Shown piece after piece: positions 19,145 to 26,871 of a DNA stretch of 64,000 nt. The stretch's first letter is position 1; each line of letters opens with the position of its first letter. Below the pieces are notes generated by a model. It was not told the origin of the DNA. It made no database searches and saw only the letters and a list, made by a program, of their open reading frames with translations. This DNA comes from a virus: IMG/VR virus record IMGVR_UViG_3300027971_000031, positions 1-64,000 of that record, one strand, 5' to 3'. The translations under genes and the position numbers were made by a program.

Positions 19145-19230
19145 TTGAATGTAAAGGGTACGTGCCGCAGCGGAATGACATTACGAAACCCTTATCCACT
19201 CCAGTCATTCGGTTTTGGATAAACATTCAA
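19145..19230 (+). ncRNA. unassigned pseudoknot or kissing-loop RNA (~86 nt)
   Basis: ttgaatgt/acattcaa closing stem; aagggt/accctt and atcca/tggat arms; gaatgac(19173-79) complementary to gtcattc(19204-10). Confidence 0.6.
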
Positions 19231-19236
19231 TAATTT

Positions 19237-19309
19237 GGTGTGATAGCTCAGTAGGTAGAGCAATAGACTGAAAATCTATGTGCCGCAAGTTCGATTCTTG
19301 CTCTCACCA
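19237..19309 (+). tRNA. tRNA-Phe(GAA)
   Basis: stem ataga/tctat, loop CTGAAAA. Confidence 0.92.
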
Positions 19310-19314
19310 CAAAT

Positions 19315-19420
19315 AGTCAAGTGGACGTAATGCGGGATGGTACCCAAGTCCCCAACTCTTAGGAGGTAAGGTTGTCTACTCCGTCTTGTACGGTATTCGG
19401 TTCGAGTCCGACCTTGACTA
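19315..19420 (+). ncRNA. tRNA-like element A (no canonical anticodon arm)
   Basis: AGTCAAG/CTTGACT-A acceptor and GTTCGAGT T-loop; middle not tRNA-like. Confidence 0.65.
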
Positions 19421-19467
19421 CTAAAAATAAATTTGGTAGATTAAAATATTACCCATATCTTTGTATT

Positions 19468-19746
19468 ATGAAAAATAAGGAAAATTTAGAATATTGGTTT
19501 TGTAAAATAGGTCCTATTGACAGAAGTGAAATACCTCTTGGTGGTGACGGTCCATTGAGAAGTGCAGTTGAAGGTACGTTTATTGATATGTTTGGAGAAC
19601 AAGCGAAAACCTGTGGTAGTGGTTGGGGATTAAAAGAAGAAATGAAAACAAGATTGGATATCATTTCTTACCTACATATCACAGACCCAAGTGGTGAAAT
19701 GTTAAAACAAATTGATGAAATCTTGAGTAAACGACCAATGATTTAA
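19468..19746 (+). CDS. hypothetical protein
   Basis: ATG 19468 directly after repeated promoter 19432-19463. Confidence 0.65.
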   Translation: MKNKENLEYWFCKIGPIDRSEIPLGGDGPLRSAVEGTFIDMFGEQAKTCGSGWGLKEEMKTRLDIISYLHITDPSGEMLKQIDEILSKRPMI

Positions 19747-19754
19747 AATAAAAT

Positions 19755-19912
19755 AGTCAGGTGGCGGAATTGGTAGACGCTAATGGAGTTATACTATCAA
19801 ACACAAAGGGTGCGGCGTAGATGGGAACTACTACATTATCTCTTGGACGCAAGAGAGCAATATAACCCTAACCATTTGGTATAACATGCAGGTTCGAATC
19901 CTGTCCTGACTA
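19755..19912 (+). ncRNA. tRNA-like element B (expanded central domain)
   Basis: AGTCAGG/CCTGACT-A acceptor, Leu-like D-arm GCGGAATTGGTAGACGC, T-arm GCAGGTTCGAATCCTGT, ~105-nt insert. Confidence 0.75.
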
Positions 19913-19958
19913 CAAAAATAAATTTGGTAGATTAAAATATTCGTTGTATATTTGTGGT

Positions 19959-20162
19959 ATGGAAAATAAAGTATGGCACAAGATTGAAATTGCAATTGAA
20001 GAACAAACCGTCGAGGTTTATCCGACTGACGAATTTGATGGTATCATTATTGAAACCAAAGAATTGGATGGAAAAGGAAGTCCGAGGTTGTACCTTAACA
20101 AAGATGAAATGGAATTTTTGATTATCAAAATGCAAGAAATGATGTCATACGTTAAAGGTTAA
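19959..20162 (+). CDS. hypothetical protein
   Basis: ATG 19959 directly after repeated promoter 19923-19954. Confidence 0.65.
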   Translation: MENKVWHKIEIAIEEQTVEVYPTDEFDGIIIETKELDGKGSPRLYLNKDEMEFLIIKMQEMMSYVKG

Positions 20163-20169
20163 AATAAAT

Positions 20170-20247
20170 AGTCAGGTGGCGGAACGGATAGACGCAACCA
20201 CGTAAGTGGTCAAACCGGTATTACAGGTTCGAATCCTGTCCTGACTA
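20170..20247 (+). ncRNA. tRNA-like element C (anticodon loop replaced by GTAA tetraloop)
   Basis: same acceptor, D- and T-arm as element B; accac-GTAA-gtggt hairpin. Confidence 0.75.
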
Positions 20248-20371
20248 CAAACCTCAGGATTAATTACCCTGAGACTGAGAGGTTCGAAACTCTTGATTGG
20301 TTATAGTGTATGGGGCACGGCAGAACGTAGTAGGGACGCAGGAGTAGGGTTCAAATCCTTATTAATCAGCA

Positions 20372-20531
20372 AATGGTAGTAAAAAAGTGTAGGTTGATAA
20401 ACGTGGAGAGACGTGACACAAGGGTACACACTAAGGATAGGTAGTAATACCCAACTCTCTGATGGTGTGTGAAGCTGGGCCCTTTCGAGGTTGCTAAGGC
20501 GAGATTCCTGATAAATTCAACTACTACTATT
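20372..20531 (+). ncRNA. unassigned structured RNA (~160 nt)
   Basis: aatggtagta/tactactatt closing stem, gttga/tcaac inner helix. Confidence 0.5.
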
Positions 20532-20536
20532 TAAAT

Positions 20537-20610
20537 GGTGGTTATAGCTCAGTAGGTAGAGCAAAGGTTTGTGGTACCTTGTGTCATGGGTTCGATTCCC
20601 ATTAGTCACC
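20537..20610 (+). tRNA. tRNA-His(GTG)
   Basis: G-1:C73, loop TTGTGGT. Confidence 0.92.
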
Positions 20611-20611
20611 C

Positions 20612-20708
20612 AAAGTGTTCACAACGGACAAGGCTTAGGCTCAAAGTATGGGCGAGAACTTACCTATATTCCCTGAGGTGGGTAGCGAGTGGTTGACCAG
20701 AACACTTT
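20612..20708 (+). ncRNA. unassigned structured RNA (~97 nt)
   Basis: aaagtgttc/gaacacttt closing stem around a GC-rich core. Confidence 0.5.
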
Positions 20709-20756
20709 TTTTTCTTATAATGTGGTAGTTTTCCTAACCAACACATATTTATATGT

Positions 20757-21101
20757 ATGGAAAAGAAAAACAAAAGAGGTGGTGGAAATAGATTAGCATA
20801 TGAAAACGGACTTCAACAATATGTTAAATCTATTAGATTGACAAACGAAGAAGTTTTTATTGAAAATTCAACGTATGCGAGACATCACATTAAAAGAAGA
20901 ATTATTGAAGAAAATATGGTTGATTACAAATGTGATGAGTGTGGTAATCTTGGTATTTGGAATAATAATCCATTACCATTAATTTTAGACCACATAAATG
21001 GCATAAATAACGATAACAGATTAGAAAATCTAAGATTCGTTTGTAGTAACTGTGATTCCCAATTACCAACCTATAAGAATAGAAGAGGTAGTAAAGGGTA
21101 A
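20757..21101 (+). CDS. HNH endonuclease inserted in the tRNA array
   Basis: CDECG...LDHINGINNDNRLENLRFVCSNC. Confidence 0.92.
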   Translation: MEKKNKRGGGNRLAYENGLQQYVKSIRLTNEEVFIENSTYARHHIKRRIIEENMVDYKCDECGNLGIWNNNPLPLILDHINGINNDNRLENLRFVCSNCDSQLPTYKNRRGSKG

Positions 21102-21110
21102 AATTAATAC

Positions 21111-21198
21111 GGAGAGATGGCAGAGTTGGTCTATTGCGTCAGACTTGAAATCTGAAGTACTTGCAAGGGTACCGTGGGTTCGAATCCTACTCTCTCCG
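21111..21198 (+). tRNA. tRNA-Ser(TGA)
   Basis: loop CTTGAAA, long variable arm, G73. Confidence 0.93.
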
Positions 21199-21203
21199 CA
21201 CAT

Positions 21204-21275
21204 TGTCACGTAACTCAGCGGTAGAGTTCTTCTCTGATACGGAAGCGGTCATAGGTTCAAATCCTATCGTGACAA
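21204..21275 (+). tRNA. tRNA-Ile(GAT)
   Basis: stem cttct/ggaag, loop CTGATAC. Confidence 0.88.
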
Positions 21276-21281
21276 CACAAT

Positions 21282-21356
21282 GTCTTCGTAGCTCAGCTGG
21301 TTTAGAGCACTAAACTTTTAATTTAGGGGTCACAGGTTCGAACCCTGTCGGGGACA
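21282..21356 (+). tRNA. tRNA-Lys(TTT)
   Basis: stem ctaaa/tttag, loop CTTTTAA. Confidence 0.92.
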
Positions 21357-21362
21357 CTAAAA

Positions 21363-21434
21363 GGTCGGTTGGCTGAGTGGCTTAGGCGGTAGTCTGCAAA
21401 ACTATTTACATAGGTTCAATTCCTATACCGACCT
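21363..21434 (+). tRNA. tRNA-Cys(GCA)
   Basis: loop CTGCAAA, U73. Confidence 0.92.
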
Positions 21435-21442
21435 CAATATAC

Positions 21443-21515
21443 ACGTCTGTAGCTCAGTTGGTAGAGCATTGGTCTCCAAAACCAAGTGTCGGTGGTTCGA
21501 ACCCATCCAGTCGTG
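21443..21515 (+). tRNA. tRNA-Trp(CCA)
   Basis: stem ttggt/accaa, loop CTCCAAA. Confidence 0.92.
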
Positions 21516-21588
21516 CAAGACTAACACAGAATGAATGATACGAGTCCCCAAAGCTCGAAAGGAGTCAGGGTTTTGGTTTAACTTATTT

Positions 21589-21670
21589 GGGAGTGTCGCA
21601 TAGCGGCAATTGCTGCGGATTGTAAACCCGCCCTCATTAGAGTTCATAGGTTCGAGTCCTATCACTCCCA
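21589..21670 (+). tRNA. tRNA-Tyr(GTA)
   Basis: loop TTGTAAA, variable arm. Confidence 0.92.
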
Positions 21671-21676
21671 CTAAAT

Positions 21677-21747
21677 TGTCCTCTCGTATAACGGCAGTAC
21701 ATCTGGTTTTGGTCCAGAGAATTGAGGTTCGAATCCTTGGGGGACAA
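21677..21747 (+). tRNA. tRNA-Gln(TTG)
   Basis: stem tctgg/ccaga, loop TTTTGGT. Confidence 0.92.
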
Positions 21748-21752
21748 CAATT

Positions 21753-21827
21753 GGTTTTGTGGTGTAACGGAGAGCACATGAAGCTACGGACTTCAGAGCG
21801 AGGGTTCGAATCCTTCCAAAACCACCA
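21753..21827 (+). tRNA. tRNA-Arg(ACG)
   Basis: stem tgaag/cttca, loop CTACGGA, encoded CCA. Confidence 0.9.
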
Positions 21828-21828
21828 T

Positions 21829-21903
21829 GGCGATGTAGTTCAGTGGGAGAACACTTGATTCATATCCAAGAAGTCGGAGGTTCAATTCCTCCCATCGCCA
21901 CCA
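21829..21903 (+). tRNA. tRNA-Met(CAT), elongator type
   Basis: GGCGATG/CATCGCC-A-CCA; loop TTCATAT. Confidence 0.85.
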
Positions 21904-21932
21904 CTTTTCCAACTGTCATAGTATTTATATGT

Positions 21933-22406
21933 ATGGAAAAAAGAGTAACACTAACAAAAGAACAATTATTTAAAGTAATACAGTTAAATGAGCAGGAAAA
22001 CAAAAAAGAGACTGTTGATGATGTTGTTGAAGATGGAAATATTGTTGATATGATTTCAATATTACTTCATTCAAGAAGTCAGGCCCATATATTTCATTGG
22101 CAAACAAAATCACAATCATCATTTGCTGAACATATGGCGTTAGGTGGATATTATGAAGAAATTGGAGAATTAATAGACGGAATTGTTGAAGGTTACCAAG
22201 GTAAAAACGATTTGTTAACAGGTTATAAAACGATTAAAATGGTTGATTATAAATCAACAGAACAACTAATAACTTACTTTAAAGGATTAGATGATAATAT
22301 TGAAAAAAATAGAAAGGCGGTCAAAGAATCTTATATTCAAAACCAAATTGATACAATTCAAGAATTAATTTATAGTACATTATATAAATTGAGATTCTTA
22401 AAATAA
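21933..22406 (+). CDS. Dps/ferritin-like protein (DUF5856-like)
   Basis: QAHIFHWQT...FAEHMALGGYYE..IDGIVEGYQG...TLYKLRFLK; ATG 21933 after TATTTATA. Confidence 0.75.
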   Translation: MEKRVTLTKEQLFKVIQLNEQENKKETVDDVVEDGNIVDMISILLHSRSQAHIFHWQTKSQSSFAEHMALGGYYEEIGELIDGIVEGYQGKNDLLTGYKTIKMVDYKSTEQLITYFKGLDDNIEKNRKAVKESYIQNQIDTIQELIYSTLYKLRFLK

Positions 22407-22430
22407 TATTAAAATTCACTATTATTAATA

Positions 22431-22466
22431 ATCCCTCTGAGTTTTAAGTTCAGGGGGATTTTTTTT
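22431..22466 (+). terminator. intrinsic terminator
   Basis: atccctctga/tcagggggat hairpin plus T-run. Confidence 0.75.
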
Positions 22467-22479
22467 ATATTTAAATTAT

Positions 22480-22553
22480 TGGAACGTAGCTCAGTTGGTG
22501 AGAGCAGTTGTCTTATACACAACAGGTCATGGGTTCAACTCCCATCGTTCCAA
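22480..22553 (+). tRNA. tRNA-Ile(TAT), rare anticodon
   Basis: stem gttgt/acaac, loop CTTATAC. Confidence 0.88.
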
Positions 22554-22558
22554 CAACA

Positions 22559-22645
22559 GGAAGGTTACCCAAGTGGTGAAGGGGTCAGTTTGCTAAACTG
22601 ATAGGCTGAGCAATCGGCGCGAGGGTTCGAGCCCCTCACCTTCCG
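22559..22645 (+). tRNA. tRNA-Ser(GCT)
   Basis: stem tcagt/actga, loop TTGCTAA, long variable arm. Confidence 0.93.
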
Positions 22646-22706
22646 CAAAAAAATAATTATTCAAATAATTGACGAATCACGGTTTCTAACTTATATTTAT
22701 TATTCA

Positions 22707-22910
22707 TTGAACATGAAAAACATTATGAAAAACACAATTCTTACATTATTCACAATCGTAGCTTTAGCCTCTTGTGGAAACGAAACAACCAAAACTAACT
22801 CAGATTCAACCGTAGTTGTAGATTCAACTATGTGTGACTCATTAACATCAGATTCAACCAAGTGTTGCAAAGACACTGCAAGTGTTGAGAAGATGTCAGA
22901 AAAAAAGTAA
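22707..22910 (+). CDS. small lipoprotein
   Basis: MKNTILTLFTIVALASCG lipobox. Confidence 0.7.
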   Translation: MNMKNIMKNTILTLFTIVALASCGNETTKTNSDSTVVVDSTMCDSLTSDSTKCCKDTASVEKMSEKK

Positions 22911-22959
22911 TTGGTTTTTGACTACAAACAAAAAACCCACTTTTCAGTGGGTTTTTTTA

Positions 22960-23607
22960 TTATAATAACTTTTTAATTTTTTTAATATTTTCCTGAAGTT
23001 TTTTTGGATTACCTTTAAAAGATTCTTCAATTCCAATACTCTTTAAAATTTGACCCCCAATTTTTCTAGCAAATGAACCAGCACCTGATTCTCTATCATC
23101 TGTGTTTGTTGTTGATGTACTTCCTGAAGTTGTAGTCTCATCACTACCATATTGTAAATGATAATGTCCTCCTGTCGATGCTTTACTTGGTTTAGTATAT
23201 TCATCAAGATATTTAAACCCTGGTGTATTTGTTACTGTAGAATTTAATATTTTAAGAAATGCCGCAGCGCTTTGACTATCGTATGGTGATATTACAACAT
23301 CAATTGCGTTACCCATTGTGTGTTGACTTTTGTAACCTAAATTTTGATGATATCTATCATTTCCACTTGTTACAGTAACCATTGCGGTAGGGTAATCGGC
23401 TTTATATTGTTTAAGAATTGTTGCAACTATATCAGTTAACTTATCATTTACATCACCTCCAGTTGTTAAGTCATAATTTTTTTCTTTATAACCTAAACTA
23501 CTTAAGGTTGACCTTAAATTTGATGTTGTTTCATACAAATTATTTTTTTCAAGAATTGTATCGTATAATGATAATATATCATCAATTAATTTTTTTTGCG
23601 CACTCAT
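22960..23607 (-). CDS. peptidase M15-like zinc peptidase domain protein
   Basis: TSGND...SQHTMGNAIDV...HYHLQY. Confidence 0.65.
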   Translation of the reverse strand: MSAQKKLIDDILSLYDTILEKNNLYETTSNLRSTLSSLGYKEKNYDLTTGGDVNDKLTDIVATILKQYKADYPTAMVTVTSGNDRYHQNLGYKSQHTMGNAIDVVISPYDSQSAAAFLKILNSTVTNTPGFKYLDEYTKPSKASTGGHYHLQYGSDETTTSGSTSTTNTDDRESGAGSFARKIGGQILKSIGIEESFKGNPKKLQENIKKIKKLL

Positions 23608-23755
23608 AATAATAAATACATTAGTAATGAAAAAAACCGACTATTGGTCGGTTCTTTTAGTGTAAACCAATCTTTTAATTTCTGGTTTAACAGGTTCATC
23701 AGATTGGATATCTTCGATTTTATTTGTTTTCTTTTTAAAAAACGATTTAAAAAAA

Positions 23756-23980
23756 TTAATAATTTTTTGTATTATTATTGTTATAGAATTCTTCATTGTC
23801 ATCACCTTCTTTTGGTATTATTATCCACATCAATAAGTATGTCATTATTATTGGAAATGGTGTAAAAACTAAAACAATAAAAATAATTCTAATAATTGAT
23901 TCATCAATATTAAAATAATTGGATAGTCCCTGACATACGCCGCCCAATGTACCGCTATTATCTCTAAACAATTTTTTCAT
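23756..23980 (-). CDS. pspC: PspC-domain protein
   Basis: KKLFRD...LGGVCQGLSNYFNID..IIRIIF...YLLMWIIIP. Confidence 0.88.
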   Translation of the reverse strand: MKKLFRDNSGTLGGVCQGLSNYFNIDESIIRIIFIVLVFTPFPIIMTYLLMWIIIPKEGDDNEEFYNNNNTKNY

Positions 23981-24438
23981 TTTCCTAATTTGTCTTTTTC
24001 TGATATTGTAATTTTATTACCTTCACTATGTTGAAAAACTACATTCGACACTGTTGGGTTTTTATACCAAAGCAAACTATGTTCACTTTCGGGGTTATAA
24101 TCACCCTCGACCATGTAAACAACAATTGTATTAGGTTCAAGTGTTAAAAACCCGTGAGCCATCTTATTTGGGACATATACCGCTTGGTTTTCATTAACCT
24201 CACAATAATCAGTTTCACCTGTTTCTAAATCAACCATAAAATCGATAATTGAACCCTGAACTACTTTAACGTATTTTGTCTGTGGTGGATTTGTTTGGTA
24301 ATGTAATCCTCTAAAGGTAAATGGTTCAGCATTGATACTGATTGAACATTGAGTCCAATCAATATCTAATACCTTTGTGTTTATCGGTGTGTAAGACCCC
24401 CTATCGTCTTTAAATGTTTTGTGTTCGTGTTTAATCAT
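23977..24438 (-). CDS. rfbC: dTDP-4-dehydrorhamnose 3,5-epimerase
   Basis: DDRG, RGLHYQ, AHGFLTL, ISEKD motifs. Confidence 0.92.
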   Translation of the reverse strand: MIKHEHKTFKDDRGSYTPINTKVLDIDWTQCSISINAEPFTFRGLHYQTNPPQTKYVKVVQGSIIDFMVDLETGETDYCEVNENQAVYVPNKMAHGFLTLEPNTIVVYMVEGDYNPESEHSLLWYKNPTVSNVVFQHSEGNKITISEKDKLGK

Positions 24439-25006
24439 TTAAAAATTTCAATATTTTATCTTTTATTCCTGTTTGTTTGATGCCTTCATTACCATTTGGA
24501 GTTAATACAAAGTTATCCAATCCCCAATTTTTCCAATCCTCACCATTTTTTCCCATATCAAGGTCATCAACTGCAACCCAATGAGTAACTTCAGGATGGT
24601 CATGCAAGAATTGTTTAATCTCGATAACACGGGTCATTTCCAAATCCCATCGTGGAGACCAAATCCAAGTTTGGTCACTATACCAATCACACTGACCTAA
24701 ATTGGTTGTTAATGCGATTGGTTTCTTAATGATTCCTTTTGATTCATAATATTCTCCCATTTCCTCAACATTTGCCCATCTTTTCCAATCAGATGATACA
24801 ACAATTTCTGCACCTGTTTCTTCCAAAATTTCATTAAGGGTTTGAATGGCTTTTTGATTGAAATTATCAAAACGATATTCAACGGGCATTTCTAATGTGG
24901 TCATAGATAACTTACGACCTCCCCATTTCTTTTGTTTCTTAAAACGATTACCCCACTCTGAAGATAAACAGATTACTCCATCATGGTCCAAAAATATTAC
25001 TTTCAT
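24431..25006 (-). CDS. HAD phosphatase, Swiss-Army-knife RNA-repair-like family
   Basis: IFLDHDGVI, IVVSSDWK, WVAVDDLDM. Confidence 0.8.
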   Translation of the reverse strand: MKVIFLDHDGVICLSSEWGNRFKKQKKWGGRKLSMTTLEMPVEYRFDNFNQKAIQTLNEILEETGAEIVVSSDWKRWANVEEMGEYYESKGIIKKPIALTTNLGQCDWYSDQTWIWSPRWDLEMTRVIEIKQFLHDHPEVTHWVAVDDLDMGKNGEDWKNWGLDNFVLTPNGNEGIKQTGIKDKILKFLND

Positions 25007-25080
25007 AATACAAAGATAGTATATTTATATAAAAACACAAAGCGTAATAAGCATAAAAGTTTAATTTATATCTATGGACG

Positions 25081-25305
25081 ATGATAGTGAAAAACAGAAC
25101 TTGGAGAAGAACGTTTCAGGACAATCTCTCCCAAATCTTTTTAATGTTAGCATTATTCTTCAATCCTTTTGGATTCGATGCCGTTCAATATGCTCTAATG
25201 TTGTGGACAGGGAGTTTATGGAAAGCCAACTTTATCTTGTATTGTGTTGCGGCAGTATTCTTTGGTTTTTACTTATATTTGAGGAAATTATCTAAAAAAC
25301 CTTAA
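25081..25305 (+). CDS. small membrane protein
   Basis: two hydrophobic segments, FFNPFGFD. Confidence 0.55.
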   Translation: MIVKNRTWRRTFQDNLSQIFLMLALFFNPFGFDAVQYALMLWTGSLWKANFILYCVAAVFFGFYLYLRKLSKKP

Positions 25306-26816
25306 AGAGCTTCAAGTTGTCCTTCTTTGAACTTATCAAAGTTTGGTCCTTTTTTCAAATAGAATTGATTACCTTTTTTATTGTAATCTAATATTCCTGC
25401 AAGTTTTGCCGAATTAAATAATCCACTTAATTGACCTCTAAATGCCGATGGTATTTGCCAGTCATTTCTACTTGTATGTGAATAGAATGGTTTACCGTTA
25501 ATTTCTTTTTTCTGTAATGATTTTATATCAACCAAGAAATCTAATTTTGTTCCTTCTTTTCCTGAATCCAAATAATCAACAAGTTGTTTAATCAAACCAG
25601 AATCTTGTCTCTTAAATGTATAACCATAACTTGTTCTATTTGGAGACCATACGGTTTTTCCATCATGTATTTTAGACATAAATTCGGGACTATTTTTTAA
25701 AGAATAAATTACCGATTTACTGATTTCACTACAAAATCTAGTAAATACTTCTTTCTTTGTATTTTGTGGATTTACAAACCAATCAAAATTATATGAATAT
25801 TGTCTAAATCCGTCTTCCATATCAATTCCATAATCATCGGTAAATTCGTCATTGTGCGAAAAATAAACATCAAAATCTAGTTTTGAATTGAAAACAATAT
25901 CATATGTGATTAAAAGATTATAACTATCAACATTATCTTCATCTACTGATATGTTTAAGTGAATCATCCCTTGAGATTCTTCGGCGTCAACTATCTCAGC
26001 CCTATTATATTCTAACCCAATTTTTTTATTAGTTCTAAGTTCTTTACTGATATCAAAAAATGAGTAATTTTCCCAATCGAATACTTTTTTAAAAATTTTT
26101 GATTGGTTTTTTTCTAATTCTTCACTCCATTCATTTCTAATTGTTTCAATTACTTTTGGAGCTCCAAGATTAAATACGTCTTTTTCTCTGTCAGTCATTC
26201 GTTCATCGGTTGAATCATACCATGTCTCTTCGCCTGGTTTTTTGTGAATGGCTATTTTATAGAACTTATTATTCCTATCAAATTTTTTCAAAATCACATA
26301 ATATAATGATTGGTCGTCACCTGATGTATATTGTTTGAAATAATTTGGTGTATTTGCCATGGTTGTACACCATCTTGTTCCTGAACCATATTTACAAGAT
26401 GCTTCAAACGTTAAAGGTTTTACAATTAATATGTTGGAATCTTCATATAATTTTTTGGCATCTGAGGAATCAAACTTATTTTGTTGACTTTTTGAATTTT
26501 CTTCATGTTCTCGAATCGCATTTTGTAATTCCACATATTGATATTGATTAATATCTTTTTTAGTTAATGCAGATTGATATCTGTTGAATTTTTTAAGTAA
26601 TTCGATGCCATCAATAACCTCTTCAACTGATGAGTTTGGATTTAAATTTTTTAATAAGAAATCTCCATATTTAAAATTAGTTTGTGCTAGAAAAGGATGT
26701 CCTAATGCATAATCTATTGTATCAAGATTGTCTTGGTCTGCTGAAAATTTTTGTTTGTATTTTTTACGTAAATCTTCTTTACGACCCTCTTGTATAAGGA
26801 TTGGAGTTAATCTCAT
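25302..26816 (-). CDS. hypothetical protein, paralog of 27363-29243
   Basis: KDINQY and ASCKYGSGTRWCTT motifs. Confidence 0.7.
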   Translation of the reverse strand: MRLTPILIQEGRKEDLRKKYKQKFSADQDNLDTIDYALGHPFLAQTNFKYGDFLLKNLNPNSSVEEVIDGIELLKKFNRYQSALTKKDINQYQYVELQNAIREHEENSKSQQNKFDSSDAKKLYEDSNILIVKPLTFEASCKYGSGTRWCTTMANTPNYFKQYTSGDDQSLYYVILKKFDRNNKFYKIAIHKKPGEETWYDSTDERMTDREKDVFNLGAPKVIETIRNEWSEELEKNQSKIFKKVFDWENYSFFDISKELRTNKKIGLEYNRAEIVDAEESQGMIHLNISVDEDNVDSYNLLITYDIVFNSKLDFDVYFSHNDEFTDDYGIDMEDGFRQYSYNFDWFVNPQNTKKEVFTRFCSEISKSVIYSLKNSPEFMSKIHDGKTVWSPNRTSYGYTFKRQDSGLIKQLVDYLDSGKEGTKLDFLVDIKSLQKKEINGKPFYSHTSRNDWQIPSAFRGQLSGLFNSAKLAGILDYNKKGNQFYLKKGPNFDKFKEGQLEAL

Positions 26817-26871
26817 AACGATAAATATATCGTAATAAAAAAAACCCCATCTTTCGATGAGGTTTTAGTTG

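Noticed and set aside
19145-19230. Hammerhead ribozyme (CGAAAC present)
   Set aside because: No CTGANGA core was found in the required position.
18965-19955. Three-copy direct repeat as a CRISPR array
   Set aside because: The copies are 470-490 nt apart and match promoter consensus.
15745-21858. ORF-track entries overlapping tRNAs (15745-15993, 17970-18305, 18818-19222, 21423-21779, 21610-21858)
   Set aside because: They are translations of tRNA or ncRNA sequence, not plausible proteins.
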